This document shows, piece after piece, positions 55,447-64,000 of a stretch of 64,000 bases of DNA. The notes under the pieces were generated by a model. The model did no database searches. It worked only from the letters and a program-made list of their open reading frames with translations, and was not told the origin of the DNA. Source of the stretch: an uncultured Phycisphaerales bacterium. Its GTDB lineage: Bacteria > Planctomycetota > B15-G4 > CAYZWU01. Each line of letters opens with the position of its first letter. Within the stretch, counting starts at the first letter, position 1. The stretch is taken from assembly GCA_964464495.1 (NCBI GenBank), contig CAYXGI010000009.1, positions 42,498 to 106,497 of the forward strand, written 5' to 3'. A program made the position numbers and the translations under genes.

Positions 55447-56845
55447 CAGACAGGGAGTGATTCCGGCGGGCGCCTACTTTGTGGGTATAGCCATGGTTGC
55501 AGCCGGCACCGCGCTCTCCTTTCAGGCTTCGGGGACGGCCGGAATGCCGGTCGTGCTCGCCGCCGCGGGGGTTGCGCTTCTACTCGTGGCGATCCCCTTG
55601 TTCAACAGCCGTTTTCTCAAGCCGATCAGGAAACTCAAGTGTGAGGCCGAGCGCTTCGCCAGCGCCTGTCTCGACGGAGGCGCGCGCCGCGGCGAGACCA
55701 TCGCAGATGTGGCGCACAGCCTCGAAGCGATCCAGGCGGAGCTTTCCGAGAGCCGGCTGAAGACAAAGGAACTCGAGTCGACGGTCAACGTCTTCATGGC
55801 CGAGAAGCAGCAGACCGAGGCGATTCTCAAGTCTCTGCCGAGCCCCGTACTGGTGACCGACCGGTTCGAGGATCTGCTCCTCGCCAACGATGTGGCGGGC
55901 CGGCTTTTTGGATTCGATTCCATGGAAAGCCGCGGGAAGCCGCTGTCTGAAATCCTCGAATTCGATCTTCTCGTCAACCTCATTCGCGAGACATCGGCGA
56001 GCAAGCTCAAGGTGCCGCGACGCACCGTCGAGGTCAGCTACAAGACCGCTGACGGAGAGCTGGTCGAACTGCGGGCGTGTCTCTCGAGTATCATCGACCC
56101 TTCGGGCCAGATCCTCGGCGTGGTGACCATCATCCAGGACATCACCAAGGACAAGGAGATCGACAGGATGAAATCGGAGTTCGTGGCCAACGTGTCCCAC
56201 GAACTCAAGACACCACTTTCTTCGATACAGGCCTACGTGGAGATGCTCGTCGATGGGGAGGCACCGGACGAAGAAACGCGCCAGAGCTTCTACTCGATCG
56301 TCGACTCGGAAACCAAACGTCTCAGCTCGATGATCGAAAACCTCCTCAATCTCTCCAGGCTGGAAGCCGGCGTCATACAGCTCGAAAAGGACCGGGTCGC
56401 TCTGCACAAGGTGCTGGAGGAGGTGACACAGGTCATCACCCCTCACATGGAACGGAAGAGCCAGAAGCTGGAGACCGAAATTTCTCCCTATCTTGTTCCC
56501 GTGGCGGGCGACAAGGCCTACCTCTCGCGGGTCTTCACTAATCTGCTGTCCAATGCATGCAAGTACACTCCCGAGAAGGGAACAGTCAAGCTCAAGGCGC
56601 GCGTCGAGGGGGACATGGTCCGCGTCGACGTGATCGACACGGGCTATGGAATATCGGCGGAGGAGAAGAAGAAGATCTTCGACAGTTTCTATCGCGTCCA
56701 GGGCGCTGCCAGCAAAGCGCAGGGAACGGGTCTCGGGCTCGCCATCTCACGGAAGATCATCGAGATGCAGAACGGGACGATCAAGGTCGAGTCGGAAACC
56801 GGCAAGGGAAGTTGCTTCACCGTGTCCCTTCCGGCCGCCGAGTGA
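55439..56845 (+). CDS. membrane-bound PAS-domain sensor histidine kinase
   Basis: Two N-terminal TM helices. PAS-like region (LPSPVLVTDRFEDLLLANDVAGRLFGF). HisKA (FVANVSHELKTPLSSIQAY). HATPase_c (NLLSNACKYTP, DTGYGIS, GTGLGLAIS). Possible TTG/GTG/ATG starts between 55439 and 55493. Confidence 0.85.
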   Translation: MTSRQGVIPAGAYFVGIAMVAAGTALSFQASGTAGMPVVLAAAGVALLLVAIPLFNSRFLKPIRKLKCEAERFASACLDGGARRGETIADVAHSLEAIQAELSESRLKTKELESTVNVFMAEKQQTEAILKSLPSPVLVTDRFEDLLLANDVAGRLFGFDSMESRGKPLSEILEFDLLVNLIRETSASKLKVPRRTVEVSYKTADGELVELRACLSSIIDPSGQILGVVTIIQDITKDKEIDRMKSEFVANVSHELKTPLSSIQAYVEMLVDGEAPDEETRQSFYSIVDSETKRLSSMIENLLNLSRLEAGVIQLEKDRVALHKVLEEVTQVITPHMERKSQKLETEISPYLVPVAGDKAYLSRVFTNLLSNACKYTPEKGTVKLKARVEGDMVRVDVIDTGYGISAEEKKKIFDSFYRVQGAASKAQGTGLGLAISRKIIEMQNGTIKVESETGKGSCFTVSLPAAE

Positions 56846-56861
56846 GGCGAGGAGGCGCGAA

Positions 56862-57149
56862 TTGGGAGTGAAAACCGTTCTCATCGTCGATGACGAGTTC
56901 CACATCGTGAACGCGTTGGCCCTGAAATTTCGAAGCTCGAACTTCTTTGTGGTCACCGCCGGCAACGGCCGGGAAGCCCTGCAGAGAATCGGTGAATCGA
57001 AACCCGATCTCGTGATCACCGCACGGGAACAGGACTTCGACGAAGCATCCGGGGGGAAGGTGGACGTCGATGCTTTCGTGAGCAAACCCTTCAGTCCGCG
57101 AGCGATGGTGTCGCAGTCGAGGAAATTGATCGGAGCGCGCCATGAGTGA
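56862..57149 (+). CDS. single-domain response-regulator receiver protein (divergent)
   Basis: TTG/GTG start after the kinase stop. VKTVLIVDDEFHIVNALALKF...DLVITA...KPF receiver-domain hallmarks but an atypical acidic-pocket region. ~95 aa. No output domain. Confidence 0.55.
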   Translation: MGVKTVLIVDDEFHIVNALALKFRSSNFFVVTAGNGREALQRIGESKPDLVITAREQDFDEASGGKVDVDAFVSKPFSPRAMVSQSRKLIGARHE

Positions 57150-57492
57150 TCTGAGCAGCGTTACGAATCTCGAGAGCGTCGTCAAGGCCGAGATCATCGA
57201 GCTCGAGGAGGAATATCTCTCCAGGAACACTCAGGCCTTCACCGAGAGCGTGACCGACGCGATCGAGCGGGGACGCCGACTCATCGTGGTCGACTGCCAC
57301 AGGTGTAAAAGTGTCGACTCGGCGAGCCTCGAGAGTCTGCTGTGGGCGATCGAGGAGATCCAGGACAGGGGAGGCCTCATGAAGATCGCCTGCCTCAACG
57401 ACACGATGAAAAAGGTCTTCGAAATCACGCAGTTCGACAGGATTTTCGAAGTTTACGACGACGTGCTCTATGCCGTCAAAGCCTTTGCCTAG
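57142..57492 (+). CDS. STAS-domain protein (anti-sigma-factor antagonist, SpoIIAA-like)
   Basis: 116 aa. LIVVDCHRCKSVDSASLESLLWAIEEIQDRGGLMKIACLNDTMKKVFEITQFDRIFEVY matches STAS/anti-anti-sigma topology with a conserved Ser (SVDSAS). Confidence 0.7.
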   Translation: MSDLSSVTNLESVVKAEIIELEEEYLSRNTQAFTESVTDAIERGRRLIVVDCHRCKSVDSASLESLLWAIEEIQDRGGLMKIACLNDTMKKVFEITQFDRIFEVYDDVLYAVKAFA

Positions 57493-57508
57493 GAGGACGT
57501 ACCGAGGA

Positions 57509-59221
57509 ATGGAGACTGTCGCGCCGCATCAGACAAACCTTGGGGAAACGCTCGTCAGGAAAGGGATTCTCACTCCCGATCAGCTCGAGCTCGCTCTGGT
57601 CGAGAAGGAAAAAGTTCCCTTCGAGAAACTGGCCGAAACCCTGAAGAGGCTCGAACTCATCGAGGAGGAAGAGCTTCTCGCCGTCATGGCGGAGCAGAAC
57701 GGTATCCCCTATCTCAAGATCGAGAAGGGGCTCTACGATCCTGATGTTTTCGGCGTCCTTCCCAAGGAATTCATCGAGAGCAACCTCGTGCTGCCCCTCT
57801 TCAAGATCCGCGACACGCTGACCATGGCGGTCCCGGAGCCGCTCAATATCTTTCTCATGGACTCGCTGAAGAGGCTCTCGGGCCTCAACGTGAATATCGC
57901 GCTTGCCAGTCCCGAGGACCTGGCGCGGGCGATCCGGCAGATCGGCGACTGCAAGAAGGCCTTTCTCGTCGACGATATCATCGAGAACATTCGCGAGGAC
58001 GACATCAAGGTCGTGGAGCGCGAGGTCGACGACATCGACCAGATCGAGGCTGCGGCCGGGCTCTCACCCGTGGTGCGTCTCGTCAACTTCATCATCTACA
58101 AGGGGATCAACGAGGGCGCTTCCGACGTCCATATCGAACCGGACGAGGGGATGCTGCGCGTGCGTTACCGCGTGGACGGAATTCTCAGGGAAGGCATGAG
58201 GCCGCCCGTCCAGCTCCAGTCGGCGGTCGTTTCGAGAATCAAGATCATGTCCGACCTTGACATCGCCCAGCGCCGTATCCCCCAGGACGGCAGGATGCAG
58301 GTCATGATGAACAACCGGCTCATCGACCTGCGTATCTCGATCCTGCCGACCTTTCACGGCGAAAAGGTGGTCATCAGGATTCTCGACAAAGACTCGGCGC
58401 TCAAGGGACTGGACAAGCTCGGTTTCGGGATCGAGACGCTCGAGGAATTTTCGAAGCTGATCATCAAACCGAACGGCATCATCCTCGTGACCGGCCCCAC
58501 GGGAAGCGGCAAGACGACCACGCTCTACTCGAGCCTCCAGACGATCAACTCGGTCGACAAGAATATCAGCACCGTGGAAAATCCGATCGAATACAACCTC
58601 AAATTCGTGAACCAGGTTCAGATCAACGAAAAAGCGGGCCTCACCTTTGCCGGTTCGTTCCGCTCCCTTCTCCGGCAGGACCCGGACATCATTCTTGTCG
58701 GCGAGATCCGCGACAAGGAAACGGCCCAGATCGCTGTCCAGGCCGCCCTGACAGGCCACCTCGTTCTGTCGACCCTGCACACGAACGACAGTCTCGGCGT
58801 GGTGACGCGACTGATCAACATGGGCGTCGAGCCCTTTCTGATCTCGTCTTCCCTGTCGGCGGCGCTCGCCCAGAGGCTGGTGCGGAAGATCTGTCCCGCC
58901 TGCCGCGAACAGATTCCGGTCACGTCCATCGTCACCCGTCTTTTCAAGAAACACGATCTCGATGTGGAGACGGTTTACGAGGGCAGGGGCTGCTCCAAGT
59001 GCGGCCGAACAGGATACGCCGGCCGAGTCGGCGTCTACGAACTCCTGACCGTCGACGATGATCTGCGCGACCTCATCGTCACGTCCCCGGCGATCAGCGA
59101 GCTGCGGGACTACGCGCGGTCTCACAACTTGAAAAGTCTGCGCTACGATGCGCTTCGAAAAGTGCGCGAAGGTTTGACTACCGTCGATGAGGTTACCCGT
59201 ATCAGTGAGGATACGTTCTGA
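57509..59221 (+). CDS. type II secretion / type IV pilus assembly ATPase (GspE/PilB family)
   Basis: AGGAGG RBS, ATG 57509. N-terminal GSPII_E_N domain. Walker A GPTGSGKTTTLYS, Asp box, Walker B, His box. Tetracysteine motif CPACR...CSKCGRTGY. Confidence 0.9.
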   Translation: METVAPHQTNLGETLVRKGILTPDQLELALVEKEKVPFEKLAETLKRLELIEEEELLAVMAEQNGIPYLKIEKGLYDPDVFGVLPKEFIESNLVLPLFKIRDTLTMAVPEPLNIFLMDSLKRLSGLNVNIALASPEDLARAIRQIGDCKKAFLVDDIIENIREDDIKVVEREVDDIDQIEAAAGLSPVVRLVNFIIYKGINEGASDVHIEPDEGMLRVRYRVDGILREGMRPPVQLQSAVVSRIKIMSDLDIAQRRIPQDGRMQVMMNNRLIDLRISILPTFHGEKVVIRILDKDSALKGLDKLGFGIETLEEFSKLIIKPNGIILVTGPTGSGKTTTLYSSLQTINSVDKNISTVENPIEYNLKFVNQVQINEKAGLTFAGSFRSLLRQDPDIILVGEIRDKETAQIAVQAALTGHLVLSTLHTNDSLGVVTRLINMGVEPFLISSSLSAALAQRLVRKICPACREQIPVTSIVTRLFKKHDLDVETVYEGRGCSKCGRTGYAGRVGVYELLTVDDDLRDLIVTSPAISELRDYARSHNLKSLRYDALRKVREGLTTVDEVTRISEDTF

Positions 59222-60411
59222 TGAATATGCCTGACACAAACAACCAGAGTGGACTTGGATCTCAGCCGGCCAACGGCCTGGCAACGGATTCGAAATCCCA
59301 GGATCGGCTCTCGCCTCTCACTCCCAAGGTCGACGAGGCCGAGCAGCCCGTGAAGCCAAGTCTTTTCGAAAAGCGCAAGGTGAGCGACAAGGACGTGCTC
59401 TACCTGGTGGACCAGCTGGCCATCATGTTCGAGACGGGCCTCAACCTTCTTCTCGCTCTCGACTGCCTCGCGGTTCAAACCAAGAATCCGGCTTTGAGGC
59501 GTGTCGTGGTCGAGCTCCGGGACGCCATCAAGGAGGGCTCGTCCCTGGCCGACGCCATGTCCAATTTTCCAAAGGTATTCGGTCCGGTCTGCGTCAACAT
59601 GGTCCGCGCCGGTGAGGTGTCGGGCAACATGGACGAGATGCTTCGCCAACTGTCGGAGTATCTCGACAGGGAAATCGAGACACGCAGCCAGATCAAGTCG
59701 GCTCTCAGTTATCCCGTGATCATGCTCTGCATGGCGTTTCTGGTCATCGCCTTTCTGATCATTTACGTTTTTCCCAGGTTCTCGGTCTTCTTCGAGGGGC
59801 ACGAGGAACTTCTTCCGGGGCCGACGAGGATCTTTCTCTGGATCGGAATGACGTGTGAGGCCCACTGGAAATTCATTCTTCCCGGTGTGGTCGCCCTTGG
59901 CGTGGGTGTGTTCTTCGTTTTGAGAGAGCAAAGGGTCAAGGAGATGCTGGACAGGTTCTTCCTTGTCGTGCCCTTTCTCGGAGACCTGATCAGCAAATCG
60001 TCGCTTTCCAGGTCGTTCCACCTGCTCGCCGTGCTGCTTCACGGCGGCATCCCGATCCTGGAGGCGCTGAGGCTGTCCCAGGAAGTGGCCGGTAATGCGA
60101 TCTTTCGGAGGAGCTGGCAGAGGGTCTCCGAAGATCTTCGAAACGGCAAGGACTTCGCGACGCCGTTGAAGGAGAATCCCTACATCCCCATGTCCGAGGT
60201 TCAGATGCTGAGCCTGGGGGAGCGGTCGGGACACCTTTCGACGGTACTCACGAAACTGAGCAAGCACTACGAGAGAGAGATTACTAACGCGATCAGGAGC
60301 CTCATCAAATTCGTGGAGCCCGCTCTGATCATCTGTATGGGATTTCTCGTCGGCCTGATCGTGATGTCCCTGATCCTGCCGATCTTCGCCATCTCCAAAT
60401 GCCAGGGGTGA
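59221..60411 (+). CDS. type II secretion system F-family platform protein (GspF/PilC)
   Basis: 396 aa with two repeats of the T2SSF domain and three TM segments. ATGA overlap with the ATPase gene. Confidence 0.9.
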   Translation: MNMPDTNNQSGLGSQPANGLATDSKSQDRLSPLTPKVDEAEQPVKPSLFEKRKVSDKDVLYLVDQLAIMFETGLNLLLALDCLAVQTKNPALRRVVVELRDAIKEGSSLADAMSNFPKVFGPVCVNMVRAGEVSGNMDEMLRQLSEYLDREIETRSQIKSALSYPVIMLCMAFLVIAFLIIYVFPRFSVFFEGHEELLPGPTRIFLWIGMTCEAHWKFILPGVVALGVGVFFVLREQRVKEMLDRFFLVVPFLGDLISKSSLSRSFHLLAVLLHGGIPILEALRLSQEVAGNAIFRRSWQRVSEDLRNGKDFATPLKENPYIPMSEVQMLSLGERSGHLSTVLTKLSKHYEREITNAIRSLIKFVEPALIICMGFLVGLIVMSLILPIFAISKCQG

Positions 60412-60456
60412 GTCGAAGGGGACTTCGCGATCTCAGCGGCGCGGAGTGACAGGTGA

Positions 60457-62076
60457 TCAGGAGAGTGACTCGGGTCGTGGCATCAGACTGTTCAGGGTCT
60501 CGATAGCCACGGCTCGATCGCCGAGGAGAGCGCGCACCGCGTCAAGAGAGACCGTTCCTTCCACGAGCGCTCGAAAGAGCTTGAGTCCGATCTCGAATCC
60601 TTCCCGTTCTCTCCTGTGGGCAGCCGTGAATCTCTGACGGACAGGTAGACTCAAGGCGGGATGCAGCCTGGGTACCAGCGACTCGTGGGCGATGTACGGA
60701 TCGAGCAGCGCTGCTCCAAGGGCGCCCAGCGCGCGCCGGAGTAGAGCGTTACCTCGACGAAAAGATTCGCCTCTCTGAAGAGGCGCGCCTTCGAGCCGCG
60801 GCGGTCCCGACCCGTTGGTCGGCCCCAGCGCGGCGAGATGCAGCGCGGCCGTTCTCCCGAGATGGGCCGGGGTCACTTCTTTGATCCACGCCAGGTTGTA
60901 CTCCGGGACATAAAGGCATTCGGTGCGCTGCGCCTCTTCGAGCAGCGAGTGAATCGTGGCGGCGTTCATTCCGTCCCGCCGGAATCGTTCGATAAAACGG
61001 AAGTCATCGCCCCTGTAGATATGAAAATCTTCGAGTCCCTTGGTGCGGCAGTTGAAGAACCGCGCCAGTTCAGACACCACTCTGCCGAACAGCCCGGCCT
61101 CGTCGAAGGGGACTTCGCAATCGTCATCGTCGTCGAGACAGGGCGCGTCGGAGTCGGCCTGGCCGAAGTCGGAAGCCAGAAAGCTGGAGTGCTCTTTGTG
61201 GAACCAGTTCAGATCGCCCGCCGTCAAGGTGAGGGGAGAGACTTCGAGCAGACAGAAGCGTCCGGCACGATCCTTGAACGCGGCCGGCGTTCCCCTGTAC
61301 CCGTTAGAGAGAAAATCGAAGTAGAGAGACGGTACATTGCAGTGGATATGGATCGTGGGGCCGCTCACGCCCTTTTCGCGACAAGCGCCTTCGAGAGCGT
61401 CGGCCAGATGAGGCGGGGCGAGGTGTTTCTCGCCGACGAGGATCAAGGCGACGCTGTCGGCCGACCCGTTGTTCGCCCCGGCCTTGTCGAGCTCCCCGGC
61501 AATGACCGATGCGGCAAATTTGTCTCTCACTGTGAGCGTTGCAGTGGGAGAGCGTACATTGATCCCGAAGAGGCGCGTCCCGCTCCGTGCCGCACTCCGG
61601 AGAATGGGCCTGTAGAGAGACCAGTCGAAGCCGAAGGATGAATGATATCCCACGGCAGCGAGGAATTCCGTCTCGTCGATTGCGGCGTCGGTGAACGCAT
61701 CGATCTCCTTCTGAAAGCCATTGGGCAATGCTTCGAGAAAAACGAGCGTCCTGCGCCCGAGACGGTTGAGATTATCGAGCAGCCAGAGGACCGTGTTGGA
61801 CGAGTAGGGATTGGTATGGTAATCGCCCACGATGATGGCGCGCGCGTCCGTGGCATGGGCGAGGATTTCCATCGGCGACGCCGCTGACCATATTTTGGGG
61901 AGGGTCTCCTCGTAAGATCTGAGGTATGACTGGAAATCGTCACTCCCCTCTCGGCCCGACGGGAATGTTTCATCCACGATCGCACCGGCGAGATTTTGCT
62001 GCAGCCGGATCCAGTCCTTTTTGAAAGCCATCCCCTTTCCCCAAGAGATTCGAGTCGATTGATCCGTTGGAATCAT
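60457..62076 (-). CDS. hypothetical protein with N-terminal ChaN/Tiki/TraB-like domain
   Basis: 539 aa. The N-terminal half has a (V)IIVGDYHTNP...HxxxxxGxxL pattern reminiscent of the ChaN / erythromycin-esterase / Tiki superfamily. The C-terminal half has no recognisable family. Convergent with the GspF gene. Confidence 0.45.
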   Translation of the reverse strand: MIPTDQSTRISWGKGMAFKKDWIRLQQNLAGAIVDETFPSGREGSDDFQSYLRSYEETLPKIWSAASPMEILAHATDARAIIVGDYHTNPYSSNTVLWLLDNLNRLGRRTLVFLEALPNGFQKEIDAFTDAAIDETEFLAAVGYHSSFGFDWSLYRPILRSAARSGTRLFGINVRSPTATLTVRDKFAASVIAGELDKAGANNGSADSVALILVGEKHLAPPHLADALEGACREKGVSGPTIHIHCNVPSLYFDFLSNGYRGTPAAFKDRAGRFCLLEVSPLTLTAGDLNWFHKEHSSFLASDFGQADSDAPCLDDDDDCEVPFDEAGLFGRVVSELARFFNCRTKGLEDFHIYRGDDFRFIERFRRDGMNAATIHSLLEEAQRTECLYVPEYNLAWIKEVTPAHLGRTAALHLAALGPTNGSGPPRLEGAPLQRGESFRRGNALLRRALGALGAALLDPYIAHESLVPRLHPALSLPVRQRFTAAHRREREGFEIGLKLFRALVEGTVSLDAVRALLGDRAVAIETLNSLMPRPESLS

Positions 62077-62312
62077 CGACAGGACAGGGTGGGGAACATT
62101 AGGAAAAAAGCCGGTGAGAAAGCTATGTAATGTCTTTTCGAATAATTAATTACAGGTTTTTGTACCACGGGCGTGTTTTGGGGTCTGGACGTGGATGTTC
62201 CCTGCGACTCGGCAACCGCCCCTTTTTTACCTTGCCAATGAATCTGAGCGGGGTTTAATGTCTCCTTTTCTGAATCATTACATCGAAGCGTATAAACTAA
62301 TCAGGTGCCAAC

Positions 62313-63302
62313 ATGCCAAGTTCTTCGCAGGGAGATCCCTTTCAAGGGTGCCCAGAATTTGAGCGGCCCATCATCGAACTCGACCAGAAGATCAAGGATC
62401 TCGAGCGTCTCGGCGAATCGACGCAGACCGATTTTTCCCAGGAGGTCCGTTCCCTCAGAGGTCTTCGCGACAAGATGGTCCAGAAGATCTATATAAACCT
62501 CGATCCCTGGGACCGCGTCAAGCTGGCCAGGCACCCCATGCGGCCCATCACGTCCGATTACATCGACCTCATCTTCAACAACTTCATCGAGCTCTTCGGC
62601 GATCGGCTCTATTCCGACGACCGCGCGGTGGTGACCGGACTCGCCATGCTGGGCGACGAGAAAGTCATGCTCGTCGGACATCGCAAGGGAAAGACGACGG
62701 AGGACAGGATCGGCTGCAACTGGGGATGCGCCCATCCCGAAGGATATCGCAAGGCGCTTCTCAAGATGAAGACGGCCGAGAAATTCAACATCCCCGTGGT
62801 CACCCTGATCAACACACCGGGCGCGTACCCCGGCATCGGCGCCGAGGAGCGGGGACAGGCCGGCGCCATCGCCAAGAACATTCTCGAAATGTCGCGCCTC
62901 AAGGTTCCGATCGTGAGCATTGTGATCGGCGAAGGGGGATCGGGCGGCGCACTCGGGATCGGTGTTTGCGATCACCTGATCATGCTCGAGTATTCCTACT
63001 ATTCGGTGATCTCTCCCGAGGGCTGTGCGGCCATTCTCTGGAAAGACGGTTCCAAGGCTCCCGAAGCCGCGTCGGCGTTGAAACTCACATCCGAACATCT
63101 CAAGAAACTCAATCTCGTCGACGAGGTGATTCCCGAACCGCTGGGGGGGGCGCATCGCGATACCAACGCCATGGCGTTCGTCATGCGCGACCGCATTCTC
63201 AAAAAACTCAAAGCACTCAAGAAACTCGGCGTGGACGAACTTCTCGATCAGAGGTACAAAAAATATCGCTCCATTGGGAATCCGCCCACGCCGGAAGAAT
63301 GA
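62313..63302 (+). CDS. accA: acetyl-CoA carboxylase carboxyltransferase subunit alpha
   Basis: 329 aa. Matches AccA throughout (LDPWDRVKLARHPMRP, GHRKGKTTEDRIGCNWGCAHPEGYRKA, IGEGGSGGAL). Confidence 0.9.
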   Translation: MPSSSQGDPFQGCPEFERPIIELDQKIKDLERLGESTQTDFSQEVRSLRGLRDKMVQKIYINLDPWDRVKLARHPMRPITSDYIDLIFNNFIELFGDRLYSDDRAVVTGLAMLGDEKVMLVGHRKGKTTEDRIGCNWGCAHPEGYRKALLKMKTAEKFNIPVVTLINTPGAYPGIGAEERGQAGAIAKNILEMSRLKVPIVSIVIGEGGSGGALGIGVCDHLIMLEYSYYSVISPEGCAAILWKDGSKAPEAASALKLTSEHLKKLNLVDEVIPEPLGGAHRDTNAMAFVMRDRILKKLKALKKLGVDELLDQRYKKYRSIGNPPTPEE

Positions 63303-63339
63303 TCCTATCGCCCTTCCAATCAACAGATTGAGTCGATTC

Positions 63340-63378
63340 GTATCGCGGGCGTTCTCCTTCCGCCCGGCACGGTTTTTC
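63340..63378 (+). terminator. possible intrinsic terminator after accA
   Basis: GCGGGCG-uucuccuuc-CGCCCGG stem, followed after 4 nt by TTTTT. Weak U-tract. Confidence 0.3.
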
Positions 63379-63549
63379 TTGTATCAACATTGACCTCAAA
63401 CACTTGACGCAGCCCGGCGTAGATGGTGAAGAAGTACTTTTGAGCCAACGACTTCCTGTGATCACGCTTGGAGCACTAATTGTTGATGCCGGTTTGGGCT
63501 GGATTTGGCCGACAAGAAGGTTACAAGTGATTTCGGATCAGAGCAAGAG

Positions 63550-64000
63550 ATGAACGGTGTAGCTAATTCGGCCATGGTTGATTATCACGACGACGCAGAG
63601 ATCATTCGGCACTGCCAGCAAAACGATCAGAGGGCTTACACCGCTCTGGTGGAGAAATATCAGGATCGAGCCTTCTGGGTCGCCTACAACATGGTCGGCA
63701 ATGCGGAGGAAGCGAGGGATGTGATCCAGGAAGCTTTCGTCCGCGTCTTCAGAGCCATCCAGCGATTCGATTTCAACATGAGTTTCTACACTTGGCTCTA
63801 TCGCATCGTATCAAACCTGTCTATCGACCATCTTCGGAAGATGAAAAGACGACGGCCGGTGCGGCTTGACGACCTTGGCGACAAAGCCTCCGAATTCGTC
63901 GAACAGGTCTCCCCGTCGGCCAGGATCGAGGAGAGCGAAGTGAAACGCGAGGTGCACGCCGTTCTCGACAAACTGCCGCCTAACTACAAGAACGTGATCG
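63550..64000 (+). CDS. RNA polymerase ECF sigma factor (sigma-24/RpoE-like), 3'-partial at window end
   Basis: MNGVANSAMVDYHDDAEIIRHCQQNDQRAYTALVEKYQDRAFWVAYNMVGNAEEARDVIQEAFVRVFRAI...YTWLYRIVSNLSIDHLRK sigma-70 region 2. Runs off the window end. Confidence 0.8.
   Translation, partial: MNGVANSAMVDYHDDAEIIRHCQQNDQRAYTALVEKYQDRAFWVAYNMVGNAEEARDVIQEAFVRVFRAIQRFDFNMSFYTWLYRIVSNLSIDHLRKMKRRRPVRLDDLGDKASEFVEQVSPSARIEESEVKREVHAVLDKLPPNYKNVI

Noticed and set aside
58064-60267. 406-aa and 374-aa - strand ORFs (58064..59284, 59143..60267)
   Set aside because: Antisense to the GspE ATPase (Walker motifs) and GspF platform genes.
1-64000. Search for CRISPR arrays, tRNA/rRNA genes, transposases, integrases and phage structural genes
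   Set aside because: I saw no direct-repeat/spacer periodicity and no TpsiC-arm (GGTTCGAATCC-like) motif in the ORF-free stretches. No DDE or tyrosine-recombinase signatures appear among the ORF translations. The window looks chromosomal and non-mobile apart from the low-GC segment at 41400..43512.

Overview
This 64 kb window is high-GC (roughly 63-66% by eye) bacterial DNA, densely coding on both strands. I see no rRNA, tRNA, CRISPR array, transposase or integrase. LpxK, a secretin and lipobox lipoproteins indicate a Gram-negative (diderm) host. I cannot assign a lineage from sequence alone. Main content: (1) A minus-strand aromatic amino-acid supraoperon (3208..14039). It runs trp leader peptide + attenuator, trpE-trpG-trpD-trpC-trpF-trpB-trpA, a class I-beta DAHP synthase, aroA and a fused aroK/aroB gene. 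Most trp junctions are ATGA-type overlaps; the aro genes are separated by short 13-21 bp gaps. (2) Small regulators and enzymes: two ECF sigma factors (2670..3227, and 63550..end which is partial), a TetR regulator with promoter and palindromic operator, a ketopantoate-reductase-like gene, a carbamoyltransferase-family gene, an epimerase, a GlcD-like FAD oxidase, accA, and an orphan ParA overlapping lpxK. (3) A cyclic-nucleotide signalling neighbourhood (32445..39066): an MBL-fold hydrolase, an MscS channel fused to a cNMP-binding domain, an M48 lipoprotein protease, an SH3b protein and a CHASE2 class-III cyclase. (4) A roughly 2.1 kb low-GC segment (about 47% over the first ~150 nt of the ORF by direct count, the rest by eye) (41400..43512). 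It holds an AT-rich leader with a perfect GAAC-N4-GTTC palindrome and a lysine-rich HEAT-repeat gene. (5) A complete type IV filament (T2SS / type IV pilus-like) cluster (43824..60411). It has a GAF histidine kinase, two GspG-like major pseudopilins, four minor pseudopilins (one with a beta-helix-like C-terminus, one 366 aa), a PilM-PilN fusion, PilO-like and PilP-like proteins, a secretin, a TPR lipoprotein, an embedded PAS kinase + receiver + STAS module, a GspE/PilB ATPase and a GspF/PilC platform. Two more GspG-like pseudopilin paralogs lie at 23244..25556. Large exported or repeat proteins (FG-GAP/YG-repeat protein, beta-propeller, multi-domain CarboxypepD_reg protein, alpha-toroid repeat protein) fill the rest. 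Many long ORFs in the track lie antisense to clearly homologous genes; I treat them as GC-driven artefacts.
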